Source of the DNA: Patescibacteria group bacterium
GTDB taxonomy: Bacteria > Patescibacteriota > Patescibacteriia > JAHIZJ01
Reading direction: 5' to 3'
Assembly (NCBI GenBank): GCA_041650335.1
Contig: JBAZLK010000005.1
Location: 10,580-74,579, forward strand
DNA: 64,000 nucleotides
Under the pieces are notes generated by a model that did no database searches, was not told where the DNA came from, and worked only from the letters and a program-made list of their open reading frames with translations. Position 1 is the first letter of the stretch, and each line of letters opens with the position of its first letter. Of this stretch, positions 26,414-35,894 are shown piece by piece. The translations under genes and the position numbers were made by a program.

Positions 26414-27583
26414 GTGTCACTCGCCACTATACCAAAAAATAGGTCGCTGGTCAATTTGCCTAAACCACCAAGACCAGGTATGATTATAGGCGTTATGTTG
26501 ATTTCCGAACAAAAAAAATACCGCCAGCAACTTGATTGCACTCCTAGAATTGATACCAATCGCTTCCTTGAATCGATTGAGGCGTTTCCGGCACAGGCGC
26601 GCCAAGCATGGAGTGAAGCGCGGCATGTTCATATTCCATCTAATTATCGCACCGTAAAAACAATCCTCGCGCTTGGCATGGGCGGATCAGGCTGGCCAGC
26701 GCGCATTATACGGACACTATTTGCGAATGATCTAAAAATTCCCATGACCGTGCTCGGCGACTATCGGCTGCCGGGCTGGGTGGATAGAAATACGCTGGTA
26801 ATCGTTTCAAGCTATTCCGGGACAACCGAAGAACCGCTAACGGCTGCCAAGAGTGCCCGGACCCGAGGTTCAAAAATGATGGCGATAACCCTCGGCGGAT
26901 CGTTAGTTGCCCTTGTTAAAAAATGGCGCATACCGGCGTACGTTTTTACGGAAACATATAATCCATCGCGTCAACCGCGCATGGGCGCCGGCTATATGAT
27001 TTTTGGGACCGCCGGACTTCTGGCCGCCGCCGGACAGCTTCGGCTTACTGACCGGCAAATAATTAGTGCCCTAAGTCGGACTATCCAGAAAACGCGAACA
27101 TGGCGGTCGGCGAGCCCACTTTCAAAGAATTTATCGAAGCAATGGGCAGTCCAGATGAAAGGCCGAATTCCAATTATTATGGCGAGCGAACACCTGGAAG
27201 CAACAGCGGAAGCGTTCCGAAATCGGATTAATGAAAATGCCAAGCAGTTCTCCGCTTATTATCCTATCCCAGACCTGAATCACCACCTCCTTGAAGGGTT
27301 GGCAAATCCGACTGCGGCTCGGCGATTGCTCGGCGTATTTTTAACCTCAGATTTATATGATCGCCGAAATCAAAAGCGTCATGAAATTACACGGAAAGTA
27401 TTTGAACACAATCACGTACCAACGGTAATGTTCCGGGCTGGTGGGAATGATCGGGTTGAAGACGCCTTAAACTCCCTCGCTTTCAGCGGGTACGCAACCT
27501 ACTGGCTCTCGATTTTAAACCAGGTAGATGCTTCGGTAATTCCTTGGGTTGACTATTTTAAAGACAGGTTGGCGCGACGCTAA
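26414..27583 (+). CDS. Bifunctional phosphoglucose/phosphomannose isomerase (SIS domain, archaeal type)
   Basis: LALGMGGSGWPARI...VIVSSYSGTTEE SIS motifs. The true start is probably at 26480 or 26495. Confidence 0.7.
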   Translation: MSLATIPKNRSLVNLPKPPRPGMIIGVMLISEQKKYRQQLDCTPRIDTNRFLESIEAFPAQARQAWSEARHVHIPSNYRTVKTILALGMGGSGWPARIIRTLFANDLKIPMTVLGDYRLPGWVDRNTLVIVSSYSGTTEEPLTAAKSARTRGSKMMAITLGGSLVALVKKWRIPAYVFTETYNPSRQPRMGAGYMIFGTAGLLAAAGQLRLTDRQIISALSRTIQKTRTWRSASPLSKNLSKQWAVQMKGRIPIIMASEHLEATAEAFRNRINENAKQFSAYYPIPDLNHHLLEGLANPTAARRLLGVFLTSDLYDRRNQKRHEITRKVFEHNHVPTVMFRAGGNDRVEDALNSLAFSGYATYWLSILNQVDASVIPWVDYFKDRLARR

Positions 27584-27608
27584 GCTACTTTACCATTGAT
27601 TTCCTTTC

Positions 27609-28508
27609 ATGAGTATACGTCGCTGGATAACTGAAAACCATCGCTATCGCCAGCTCTTGTACCTGGCGTTTTTTGTTTTGATCGCTGTCTATTGGCTGGT
27701 CTATTCGCGTCAGATAAGCCCGAAGCTATTGTATCTTCTCGCTCTCGGCGTTGTCGCGGCCATTCCGTTGAAAGGTTGGCTGAGAGACTGGCGCCCATTT
27801 CTCCTTTTGCCGCTATCATACGGAGCCATGCAGGGTATCGGCAGCGTTTTATCGGAACACGTCAATGTTATAAATGTAATCCAATGGGAAAAATCCCTGT
27901 TTGGAGGCATTCCCACAATCCAGCTGCAGGAGCGGTTTCATGCGAATGGATCATATGCCTGGTACGACGCGGTGTTCATGTCTTTCTATCTAACGCACTA
28001 TTTTTTCCCCTATCTCGTCGCCATCTTTCTGTATTTTAAGAGACGCGCCCTCTATCACCTGTATACCGACGGTTTTATCGTCCTGGCTGTGGCGGGTTTT
28101 TTCACCTACGTCCTTTTCCCTGCCATGCCGCCCTGGATGGCCAGCGAACAAGGCTTTCTGCCGACTATGCCGCATTTGCTCGTTGAGGTGGCGCAACAGG
28201 CGCTTCATGTATCTTTCCCGTCACTTTACCAAACGCTTGGGGCAAACCAAGTGGCAGCCATGCCGTCGATGCATGCCGCTTGGCCGCTATTTATCGCCCT
28301 CTGTTTAACCTTGTTTTTTCGATGGAAGGGCCTCGCCTGGTTTATTATTCCGGTTATGGTCAGTCTGGCCATCGTCTATTTCGGAGAGCACTACATCATT
28401 GATGTCGTGATCGGATACCTCTACGCTCTCGCGGCATTCGGTATTGCCGTGTATTTCCGGCCAAAGAAAATTGAAAGTCCCAGCCATGTCCCGCCAACGC
28501 TATCCTAG
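27609..28508 (+). CDS. PAP2 superfamily membrane phosphatase-like protein
   Basis: Multi-TM protein. PSMHAAW resembles the PAP2 PSGH block. Confidence 0.5.
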   Translation: MSIRRWITENHRYRQLLYLAFFVLIAVYWLVYSRQISPKLLYLLALGVVAAIPLKGWLRDWRPFLLLPLSYGAMQGIGSVLSEHVNVINVIQWEKSLFGGIPTIQLQERFHANGSYAWYDAVFMSFYLTHYFFPYLVAIFLYFKRRALYHLYTDGFIVLAVAGFFTYVLFPAMPPWMASEQGFLPTMPHLLVEVAQQALHVSFPSLYQTLGANQVAAMPSMHAAWPLFIALCLTLFFRWKGLAWFIIPVMVSLAIVYFGEHYIIDVVIGYLYALAAFGIAVYFRPKKIESPSHVPPTLS

Positions 28509-30045
28509 AGCGACGCCATACTTAATATTATTCGGTTTGGCGTTTATTTTCTTTTTTGTGCTGCAGTACAGCAACGTCCTGGCCGACCCAGATTCTTTTT
28601 ACCATGCCAAGATGGCCATGCTCATGCGCGATCACGGAATAATCAAGACATTCCCTTGGCTGGGAAATTTTACCGTACTCGGACAAGCTTATACCGACCA
28701 ACACTTTCTCTACCATATATTCCTCATTCCGTTCGTCAGCTTCCTTCAGCCGATCGTTGGTTTAAAATTGGCGACAGTCATATTGGCCAGCGCCTTTATC
28801 GTTACATTTTACTGGCTGCTGCGGCGCTTCCGAATACGGTTTGCCTTTTCTTTCTCGCTTCTGCCCCTGCTGATGGGTCCGTTCATCTTTCGGGTGAGCT
28901 TAGCAAAGGCCCCCAGCCTCTCGTTGATTTTACTATTTCTCGGGTTATGGATGATTATTGAAGGGCGTTGGAAACTGCTATTCATATTTTCATTTTTCTA
29001 CGTCTGGGCGTACGGCGGTTTTTCGCTCATCGTTATAGTGAGCGGCCTCTATCTCGGCATTGAAATCATTCTCAATATCGTCCAGAAAATACGTCGGCAT
29101 CACTTGTCGTGGCGACAAACGGTGTATCCAAAAACCGCCTGGCTGACTTTTCTGAGCACCTGTACGGGTGTGGCCGCGGGTCTATTAATTAATCCATATT
29201 TTCCCCAGAATCTGGAGTTCTATCGCTATCAACTTTTTGAGATTGGCATCAAGAACTATCGAGACAGTATCGGCGTCGGCGGCGAGTGGTATCCCTATCA
29301 GCCGTTTGCGCTCTTTACCGGCAGCATCTTTTTGACGATCGCGCTCATTGTGACGGCCGTGGTTGTCTTTTTTGTCTGGAAACGATTGTCGCGCCGCGAC
29401 CTGTATTTATTTTTGCTCACCATATTTTTCCTGATTTTAACCCTGAAATCACGGCGCTACGTTGAATACTATATCCCGATTGCCTGTCTTTTTAGTTTTT
29501 CAATTTTAGGCGCTTCATTACGGAATTTTTCGGTAAATCGTTTGGCTCACGCATTCAATCACCTAAAGCCACGGCTCAAGATTGTTGCGTTTTTAACGCT
29601 TTTGTACTTTTTTGTGACCGTTCCGGCGCTGGCTATACGGAATTTCAATAACGATCGGTCCGATCTCGCCAGCGGCTTTTCGTACACAAAATTCAAGCGT
29701 TCAAGCCAGTGGCTGGCACAACATTCCCGCACCGGCGACATTGTCTTCCATAGCAGTTGGGACGAGTTTCCGCTCCTCTTTTATTACGACGACACAAATT
29801 ACTACATCGGTGGCCTCGATCCCACGTTTATGTATTTAGCCGATAAGGAGTTGTATCAGAAATGGGTTGACATCACCATCGGCAACACGACTGTCGGCGC
29901 CTATGAGATAATAAAAAAAGATTTTCGGGCCCGCTATGTTTTTATTACGCAGAGCCACGGAGCAATGAAACGCACGATCGCTGATGACCCCGGTTTTGTC
30001 AGGCGCTATGAGGACGATGAGGCGATTATATACGAAGTAAAATAA
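28486..30045 (+). CDS. GT-C fold membrane glycosyltransferase-like protein (ArnT/PMT-like)
   Basis: More than 10 TM helices. There is a DPDSFYH acidic motif in the first extracytoplasmic loop and a large C-terminal soluble domain. Confidence 0.45.
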   Translation: MSRQRYPRATPYLILFGLAFIFFFVLQYSNVLADPDSFYHAKMAMLMRDHGIIKTFPWLGNFTVLGQAYTDQHFLYHIFLIPFVSFLQPIVGLKLATVILASAFIVTFYWLLRRFRIRFAFSFSLLPLLMGPFIFRVSLAKAPSLSLILLFLGLWMIIEGRWKLLFIFSFFYVWAYGGFSLIVIVSGLYLGIEIILNIVQKIRRHHLSWRQTVYPKTAWLTFLSTCTGVAAGLLINPYFPQNLEFYRYQLFEIGIKNYRDSIGVGGEWYPYQPFALFTGSIFLTIALIVTAVVVFFVWKRLSRRDLYLFLLTIFFLILTLKSRRYVEYYIPIACLFSFSILGASLRNFSVNRLAHAFNHLKPRLKIVAFLTLLYFFVTVPALAIRNFNNDRSDLASGFSYTKFKRSSQWLAQHSRTGDIVFHSSWDEFPLLFYYDDTNYYIGGLDPTFMYLADKELYQKWVDITIGNTTVGAYEIIKKDFRARYVFITQSHGAMKRTIADDPGFVRRYEDDEAIIYEVK

Positions 30046-30117
30046 TCGAACGTTCTAGCCCCTTTTGCTTAATAAAAAACCGCGCGACCCAATCGGCGGA
30101 TTTATTGTTTATTGACG

Positions 30118-30510
30118 CTAGGCTGTCGTCACAAATGCCGTCACCACAAAGGCGACGATCGCGCCAGCCAGGAGGACGATCGCGATGCCGATCACGGCGG
30201 CGGTGATCGTTTTTTTTGCGGTGGCTATTTTTTCTTCATTGCCAGCCGCCGTCATCCAGGTGAAGCCGGCATAGATGAGTAGGACGACGGAAAGAAAGGC
30301 TAAAAACCCGATAACATATTGAGCAACTTTTACCACGGTGCTCGCCAGATCTTTCGGGATACCAAGCTCGGTCTGGATTGAAGGACTAATGCCAATGTTG
30401 ACGGAATCATCAGCCTGAACGGGGGTAAGCGTAAAAAGAAAAGCCAGCGACAGAATGATCAGGCAACAGGCGGCCAGGAATGAGTGTTTGGTTTTTTTTG
30501 ACATATTCAT
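30118..30510 (-). CDS. T4SS-pilin-like small membrane protein (VirB2/TrbC-like, PF18895-like), paralog A
   Basis: Signal peptide, then LLIYAGFTWMTAAGNEEKIATAKKTI...IGIAIVLLAGAIV. Two TM helices. Confidence 0.65.
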   Translation of the reverse strand: MNMSKKTKHSFLAACCLIILSLAFLFTLTPVQADDSVNIGISPSIQTELGIPKDLASTVVKVAQYVIGFLAFLSVVLLIYAGFTWMTAAGNEEKIATAKKTITAAVIGIAIVLLAGAIVAFVVTAFVTTA

Positions 30511-30578
30511 TTGATACTCGTCCTTACTGCTACGCCCAGTATACCGTACTGGCAGGGGCTCGTCTAGAGCCAGTGCTC

Positions 30579-30618
30579 AAAACTAAAACTACCCGTTCTG
30601 AGTAGTTTTAGTTTTTTG
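30579..30618. terminator. 14-bp perfect inverted repeat hairpin (aaaactaaaactac / gtagttttagtttt) flanked by A/T runs
   Basis: Directly downstream of pilin paralog B. Bidirectional terminator-like. Confidence 0.5.
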
Positions 30619-30631
30619 TATGTAACGAGAA

Positions 30632-31003
30632 TTAGGCCGTGCCACCGCCAGCGAGAATGCCGGACGTGACAAACCAGGTAATAGCCCAGGCGAGCAGTAT
30701 AATGACGAGGCCGATGATTGCAGCGGAAATAATCTTTTTCGCTTGGCCAACGCGCTCTTCATTCCCAGCGGCTGTGAGCCAAATAAAACCGCCATAGATG
30801 ATCATAATAACAGCTACGAGGGCGAGGAAGCCGAGCACCCACTGGATGATAGCGGTAATCTGTTCTGACAACGGCTTATCGGTACCATAGATGTTTGTGC
30901 CATAACCATTATCAATGGTTAACGCGGAAACCGTTGGGGCGAAAGTCAATAGCGCCAGACCGGCGAGACTGAGAATCGATACGATTTTCGTAAGTTTTTT
31001 CAT
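30632..31003 (-). CDS. T4SS-pilin-like small membrane protein, paralog B
   Basis: MIIYGGFIWLTAAGNEERVGQAKKIISAAIIGLVIILLAWAI. Preceded by a strong sigma70-like promoter and a GGGGGTG RBS. Confidence 0.65.
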   Translation of the reverse strand: MKKLTKIVSILSLAGLALLTFAPTVSALTIDNGYGTNIYGTDKPLSEQITAIIQWVLGFLALVAVIMIIYGGFIWLTAAGNEERVGQAKKIISAAIIGLVIILLAWAITWFVTSGILAGGGTA

Positions 31004-31084
31004 TGTTTCACCCCCTTTCAGAAAGGTTGTTACGTATTTAGGAAAATATTCGCTTGGTTTTATTCACACTCTATAATCTGTACA

Positions 31085-31114
31085 AATTGTACACCAAGAT
31101 TAGCTTTTTGTCAA
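31085..31114 (-). promoter_or_regulatory. sigma70-like promoter for pilin paralog B (TTGACA-17-TACAAT on minus strand)
   Basis: Plus-strand tgtcaa at 31109-31114 and attgta at 31085-31090. An RBS GGGGGTG lies 5 nt before the ATG. Confidence 0.5.
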
Positions 31115-31120
31115 ATATTG

Positions 31121-31468
31121 TTATGTCCCAATGCCTTTAAATAGGTCAACAACCCAATTAACAACCGCCAGACTTAGGAACGCAATAACCAAGCCAACGA
31201 GCGCCCAAACAATAGTATCCTTTGCCTGGGTGACCCGCTGCTGATTGCCAGCCGAACTGACATATTGGAAGCCTCCATAAATCACCATCACCAGCGAAAA
31301 CAGCGAAAGAATGCCTAAGAAACCCTTCAAGATGCGTACGATCAGTTGATCGACCGCGGTGATATCACCGAGCGGGTTTGTTAGCCCCTCGGTGTTTTCC
31401 GCAAGAACAACAAACGGAATGGCCACGACCAGGATAGTGAGGAAACTGAGAAATAATTTCTTTTTCAT
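31121..31468 (-). CDS. T4SS-pilin-like small membrane protein, paralog C
   Basis: Signal peptide, then MVIYGGFQYVSSAGNQQRVTQAKDTIVWALVGLVIAFLSLAVV. Confidence 0.6.
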   Translation of the reverse strand: MKKKLFLSFLTILVVAIPFVVLAENTEGLTNPLGDITAVDQLIVRILKGFLGILSLFSLVMVIYGGFQYVSSAGNQQRVTQAKDTIVWALVGLVIAFLSLAVVNWVVDLFKGIGT

Positions 31469-31532
31469 AAATAGCTTGGTTCAAGTAATCGGATTGGAGG
31501 ATGGAGCGTCGATCGTTTGCCGTTGGCTGGCG

Positions 31533-32948
31533 TTAATCGGCAATGCGCTCGTTTTGGTTGATGGTTTTAGCGGCCTTCTCGACAGCGTCTTTTGGAGTTG
31601 ATTCGGCCTTTACCACCTCGTCGATCATGAGTTTAAACGCTTCATCGGTGGTGCGATAGTTTTTTCCGTGGTACCAGGACGAACTGGTGAGCGATTGCTT
31701 AATGAAGACGTCGATTTGAGGATAGTCCTCGGCCTGCGTGTTAATGATCGAACGCAGCGCTGAGGGGAGAACAGTTTCTTTCAAATATGGTTGGACATTC
31801 GCTGCTTGGGTGGCAAAGTAGAGAAAATCCCAGGCCTGGGTCGCGTTTTTTGAATTCACAAACACTGATTGCACCCAGTAGTTTGCAAAATTGATCTCCT
31901 GGTTCAGGCTGACTTGAGGCAGCGCGGCAATGTCGTAATTGAGCGTCGGCGCCGCTTTCTGAATAAGCGGGATATGATAGGCATAGCCGAGAAAGTAGGC
32001 GCTTAAGCCCTGAGTAAAAGCCTCGAACGAATCAGGCAGGTCCTCGTTCCAGGTGTAGGCTTGTTTTGACGCATTCGAAAAGTCGGTATAAAACGTCAGG
32101 GCATGAGCGCCGGAATAGAACGCTTTATTGTCGGCGTCTTTGACGCTTTGGTCAAACAGGGCTTGAAAAACGTTGGCGTCGTTCATCTTGCCCATTGTCG
32201 CGCCGTCTTGCATCATCAGAACGGAGAGCAGGTCGGTATAGCGCTGGATATTTTTTGACGTTCCGAGGGCAATCGCGGATTGGATAATCTCACCCTTTTC
32301 ACTCTCTTTGACTAAACTTGGTATCTGGCTGACGAGCTCGTTCCAATTCCGAGGCGGCAAGGCAATGCGTGCCTGATTGAGGATGTCGCGGTTGTAATAG
32401 AGGACGAGATTATCCGTGCTGAAGGGCAATCCATAAATCTGAGGATTGCCGTCTTTGTCGTAAAAAAGGACATCCTCTGAAACGACCGGTATGAATTCGG
32501 AGCGAAGGGTGTCGGCCGTATAGGTTCGTTGTTTTGTGGTGACGCGCTTGGTCTCTTTTTTGCACCCTAATGCCTTTGAGGTGACCAGTTTTGGAACCTC
32601 AATAGTTTGCGGTAGCGGGGTGATGAATTTACGATATTCGCCCAGCGAACTGTTCGGCACCGCAAAGATATCGGGACCCTCGCCCCGCGCCCAGGCAGCC
32701 AAAAGCTGATCCCGATATTCTTCGTACTGAAATTTGGTATACTCGAACTTAACGTTCGGGTGGGACGCCTTGTAGGAATTAAAAATTTCCGTGTAAGCAT
32801 CTTCCTCGTCCCAGACACCCCACATTTTGATTGTAATCGGCGCCAACGTAGCGGACGAATTTGATTTCGTACTACAGGCTGCACCGCCAACGATAACCGG
32901 GAGGAGGAGTACGAGGATAATAATCAGCCAACGGAAGCGTTGTGACAT
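31533..32948 (-). CDS. ABC transporter extracellular solute-binding lipoprotein (family 1, sugar-type)
   Basis: Lipobox LLLPVIVGGAACS and an SBP_bac_1-like layout, about 470 aa. Confidence 0.7.
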   Translation of the reverse strand: MSQRFRWLIIILVLLLPVIVGGAACSTKSNSSATLAPITIKMWGVWDEEDAYTEIFNSYKASHPNVKFEYTKFQYEEYRDQLLAAWARGEGPDIFAVPNSSLGEYRKFITPLPQTIEVPKLVTSKALGCKKETKRVTTKQRTYTADTLRSEFIPVVSEDVLFYDKDGNPQIYGLPFSTDNLVLYYNRDILNQARIALPPRNWNELVSQIPSLVKESEKGEIIQSAIALGTSKNIQRYTDLLSVLMMQDGATMGKMNDANVFQALFDQSVKDADNKAFYSGAHALTFYTDFSNASKQAYTWNEDLPDSFEAFTQGLSAYFLGYAYHIPLIQKAAPTLNYDIAALPQVSLNQEINFANYWVQSVFVNSKNATQAWDFLYFATQAANVQPYLKETVLPSALRSIINTQAEDYPQIDVFIKQSLTSSSWYHGKNYRTTDEAFKLMIDEVVKAESTPKDAVEKAAKTINQNERIAD

Positions 32949-33838
32949 TAGCGTACGAGTGAACGCAAATATTTTCGTAGCTCGGTGCCAAGCGAATCGT
33001 GTTTTAATCCCTCAGCGATGTTCGCCTTCAACCAGCCGAGCTTCGAGCCAAGATCGTAAATTGTACCAGAAAACTCACAGGCAAAAACAGATTGTTTTTT
33101 CATGAGATTCAAAACCGCATCTGCCAGCCAGATTTCGCCACCTTTTCCAGCCCGGGTGTGTTTGAGGACGGCGAAAATGTCCGGCGTGAGCACGTATCCT
33201 TTGAGCACGGCCAGGTTTGACGGCGCGTTTTCTAAATCTGGTTTTTCGATGATGCCCAGCACCTCGTGTATATTTTCCTTGATGTGTTTGTTCTTGATAA
33301 TTCCGTATTTGGTGATGTCGGAACGCGGCACGGCCAGAACGCCAATCACCGGCGAGGTGTATTCATTGTAGACATCAATCATCTGCTTGATGCAGATTTT
33401 TTTTGAGACGATATAATCATCCGGCCAAATAACAGCAAAAGGTTCGTGGCCGATAACGTTTTCAGCGCAGAGGACGGCGTGACCGTTGCCTAACGCTTTT
33501 CTTTGCCGGATATAGACAAAATTAGCTAACTCCGAGACGGCAATTATTTCAGCTAATTCTTTTGATTTTTTCGCTTGCCTCAGACGTAATTCGAGATCGG
33601 TATTACGATCGAAATGGTCCTCAATTGCTCGTTTGCTTTGACCGGTGATCAAAATGATGTCGGTAATACCGGATTTTACAGCCTCTTCGACGGCGATTTG
33701 GACCGCCGGCCGGTCAATAACCGGTAGCATTTCTTTTGGCTGTGCTTTGGTAGCCGGCAAGAAACGCGTGCCGTAGCCGGCAACTGGTATTATCGCCTTG
33801 GTGACTTTGTGGGGCTGAGTGTTTGATTTCATATGCAT
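32948..33838 (-). CDS. galU: UTP--glucose-1-phosphate uridylyltransferase
   Basis: KAIIPVAGYGTRFLPATKAQPKEMLPVIDRP...VEKP signature. Start chosen among the MNMHMKS ATGs. Confidence 0.88.
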   Translation of the reverse strand: MHMKSNTQPHKVTKAIIPVAGYGTRFLPATKAQPKEMLPVIDRPAVQIAVEEAVKSGITDIILITGQSKRAIEDHFDRNTDLELRLRQAKKSKELAEIIAVSELANFVYIRQRKALGNGHAVLCAENVIGHEPFAVIWPDDYIVSKKICIKQMIDVYNEYTSPVIGVLAVPRSDITKYGIIKNKHIKENIHEVLGIIEKPDLENAPSNLAVLKGYVLTPDIFAVLKHTRAGKGGEIWLADAVLNLMKKQSVFACEFSGTIYDLGSKLGWLKANIAEGLKHDSLGTELRKYLRSLVR

Positions 33839-33951
33839 ATTCATCCATGATAATAACACAAAAGCCCGATTAAGTAAAACAAGACAACGCGTGGACAAGC
33901 CAAAAAGCCTGTCAGCGACACGTTTATTTAGACTGGCGACTGCCCCGCGTA

Positions 33952-34536
33952 TTAAACGGCAGCGAAGCGTTTTTCCGCGTCAGTCCAATCGATTGCCTTG
34001 AAGAAGGCAGCGATATATTCGGCGCGCTTTAGGCCGAAATCAAGCATGTAGGCGTGCTCAAACACATCCAAGACCAATAGCGGCTTGGCGCCGGCCAGTA
34101 GTCCGACGTCGTGCTCATTGACCCAGATGTTAAATGTCCGTTGGCCGGCCGGATCATAGGCAAGCACAGCCCAGCCGACACCCCGGAGTGCGCCAGTCGC
34201 TTGAAATTCTTTTTCCCAGGCCAGATAATCGCCGAAATCCTTTGTTAGCTGGAGTGCAAGCGGTGATTTCAGGTCGAGCGGCTTCGCGTCTTTGGTGAGA
34301 TTGTCGAAATACAGCTCATGGAGACGCATACCGTTGAATTCCCAGCCGAACCGGCGTTTTGTTTCGGCGAATTCGGGGGTGTTGTTTTTTCCAGCGGCAG
34401 TCAATTCATCGAGCAGATCGGAGAGCGCATTAACATTCTTGACGTAGCCCTGATAGAGCGTGAAGTGATTCGTCAAGAGAATGTCGCTGAAACCAGACAG
34501 GCCGATGAGATGAGAATAGTCGATCGCTTTGTACAT
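33952..34536 (-). CDS. sodA: Fe/Mn superoxide dismutase
   Basis: HELYFDNL and DVFEHAYMLDFGLKRAEYIAAF (the DVWEHAYY block). Start at 34536. Confidence 0.85.
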   Translation of the reverse strand: MYKAIDYSHLIGLSGFSDILLTNHFTLYQGYVKNVNALSDLLDELTAAGKNNTPEFAETKRRFGWEFNGMRLHELYFDNLTKDAKPLDLKSPLALQLTKDFGDYLAWEKEFQATGALRGVGWAVLAYDPAGQRTFNIWVNEHDVGLLAGAKPLLVLDVFEHAYMLDFGLKRAEYIAAFFKAIDWTDAEKRFAAV

Positions 34537-34570
34537 AGTGTTGTTTTTACTGATGAAATAATTGTGTATT

Positions 34571-35557
34571 TTACGGTATGTTTTTTTGATATTGTTTGAC
34601 GGCAACGACGAGTTCTTTTGATGTGGTTGTCTGCATCAGCGCCAGCCGCAGTTTTTTTGCTTCTGAAAAACCGGCTACGTACGCCTTGATGTGTTTCTTC
34701 ATGAGGTTGTATGATTTCCGGTCCTGGTGGACTCGCTCGAACAACTTCGCGTGCTCGACGAGAACGCTCAACCTTTGTTTCACGGTCGGCTCCCGCTTTT
34801 TGTTTGCGTCAAAGAACCAAGGGTTTCCGAAAACACCGCGGCCAACCATGATTCCGTCGCAACCGGTTTCCTGGGCGCGTTGTCGCCCCTCGGCGAGAGA
34901 AGATACATCGCCATTGCCAATGATCAGCGTTTGACTACCAAGTTTTTTTCTAAGAATAACCGCCCGGGCCACCAGGCTCCAATCAGCCGGAACCCGCGAC
35001 ATTTGTTTCCGCGTGCGGGCGTGGACAGTGATCGCCGCCGGCTTCATCTTCAGCAGTACCGGCAGCCAGGCATCAAGCTCATCATGGTTGTAGCCGATCC
35101 GCGTCTTAATCGAGACGGGTAGCGGGCCGGCGCCGCGTTTCGCCTCAGCAATGATCCGACTGGCCAGGCGCGGATTCTTCATCAGGGCGGCGCCACCACC
35201 TTGTCGCTCAACGCTTTTATCCGGACAGCCCATGTTAATGTCCAGACCGTCGAAGCCGAGCGAGCGGATAATTTTGGCGCTGGCGTAGAACTGTTCTGGC
35301 CGGCTGCCCCAAAGCTGGGCCACGATCGGCCGCTCAGCGGGGGTAAAAAACAAGTCTTTCAGAACGCGCCCTTTTCCGGGCGAACACAGCCCGGCGCAGG
35401 ACACAAATTCGGTTACCAAGACATCGGGCTTGCCATGTTTGGCGTAGACCTGCCGAAAAGCTGAATCGGTTACGTCCGACATTGGCGCCAAGACAAAAAA
35501 CGGCTTCGGCAGGCGCAACCAAAAATTCAGCTGCTTACCCTTCTTTGGTAATGGCAT
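34571..35557 (-). CDS. tRNA-dihydrouridine synthase
   Basis: FVLAPMSDVTDSAFRQ and DLNMGCP motifs in a TIM-barrel Dus family protein. Confidence 0.8.
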   Translation of the reverse strand: MPLPKKGKQLNFWLRLPKPFFVLAPMSDVTDSAFRQVYAKHGKPDVLVTEFVSCAGLCSPGKGRVLKDLFFTPAERPIVAQLWGSRPEQFYASAKIIRSLGFDGLDINMGCPDKSVERQGGGAALMKNPRLASRIIAEAKRGAGPLPVSIKTRIGYNHDELDAWLPVLLKMKPAAITVHARTRKQMSRVPADWSLVARAVILRKKLGSQTLIIGNGDVSSLAEGRQRAQETGCDGIMVGRGVFGNPWFFDANKKREPTVKQRLSVLVEHAKLFERVHQDRKSYNLMKKHIKAYVAGFSEAKKLRLALMQTTTSKELVVAVKQYQKNIP

Positions 35558-35894
35558 ACAAGGGCAGAACGGCGCACTTTCGCCGCATCGGCGAAAGGGG
35601 CAGTTTCAGCTTATTAACCAGAGTATCACTTCGCATTTTTTGTATTTGGGCGAGCGTCTTGCCGATGATCAGGTCGGAAAAAATAGAAGCCGATGCCTGA
35701 GAAATGGCACAACCAGTACCATCCCAGCCGACCTCGCTAACACGTTTTTGGCGATCAAGTTTGACGGTAAATGTAAGGGAGTCGCCGCAGGAATAATTCG
35801 CACCACTGAACGTTGCATCCGGTTTTTTCAGCCGGCCTTTATGCGCGGGATGGCGGTAATGCTTCATTACGATGAGGTTGTAGGGCGTGACCAT
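35535..35894 (-). CDS. sufU: Fe-S cluster assembly scaffold SufU/IscU-like
   Basis: YSCGDSLTFTV...GTGCAISQASAS cysteine ligands. Start at MVTPYN. Confidence 0.8.
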   Translation of the reverse strand: MVTPYNLIVMKHYRHPAHKGRLKKPDATFSGANYSCGDSLTFTVKLDRQKRVSEVGWDGTGCAISQASASIFSDLIIGKTLAQIQKMRSDTLVNKLKLPLSPMRRKCAVLPLYAITKEG

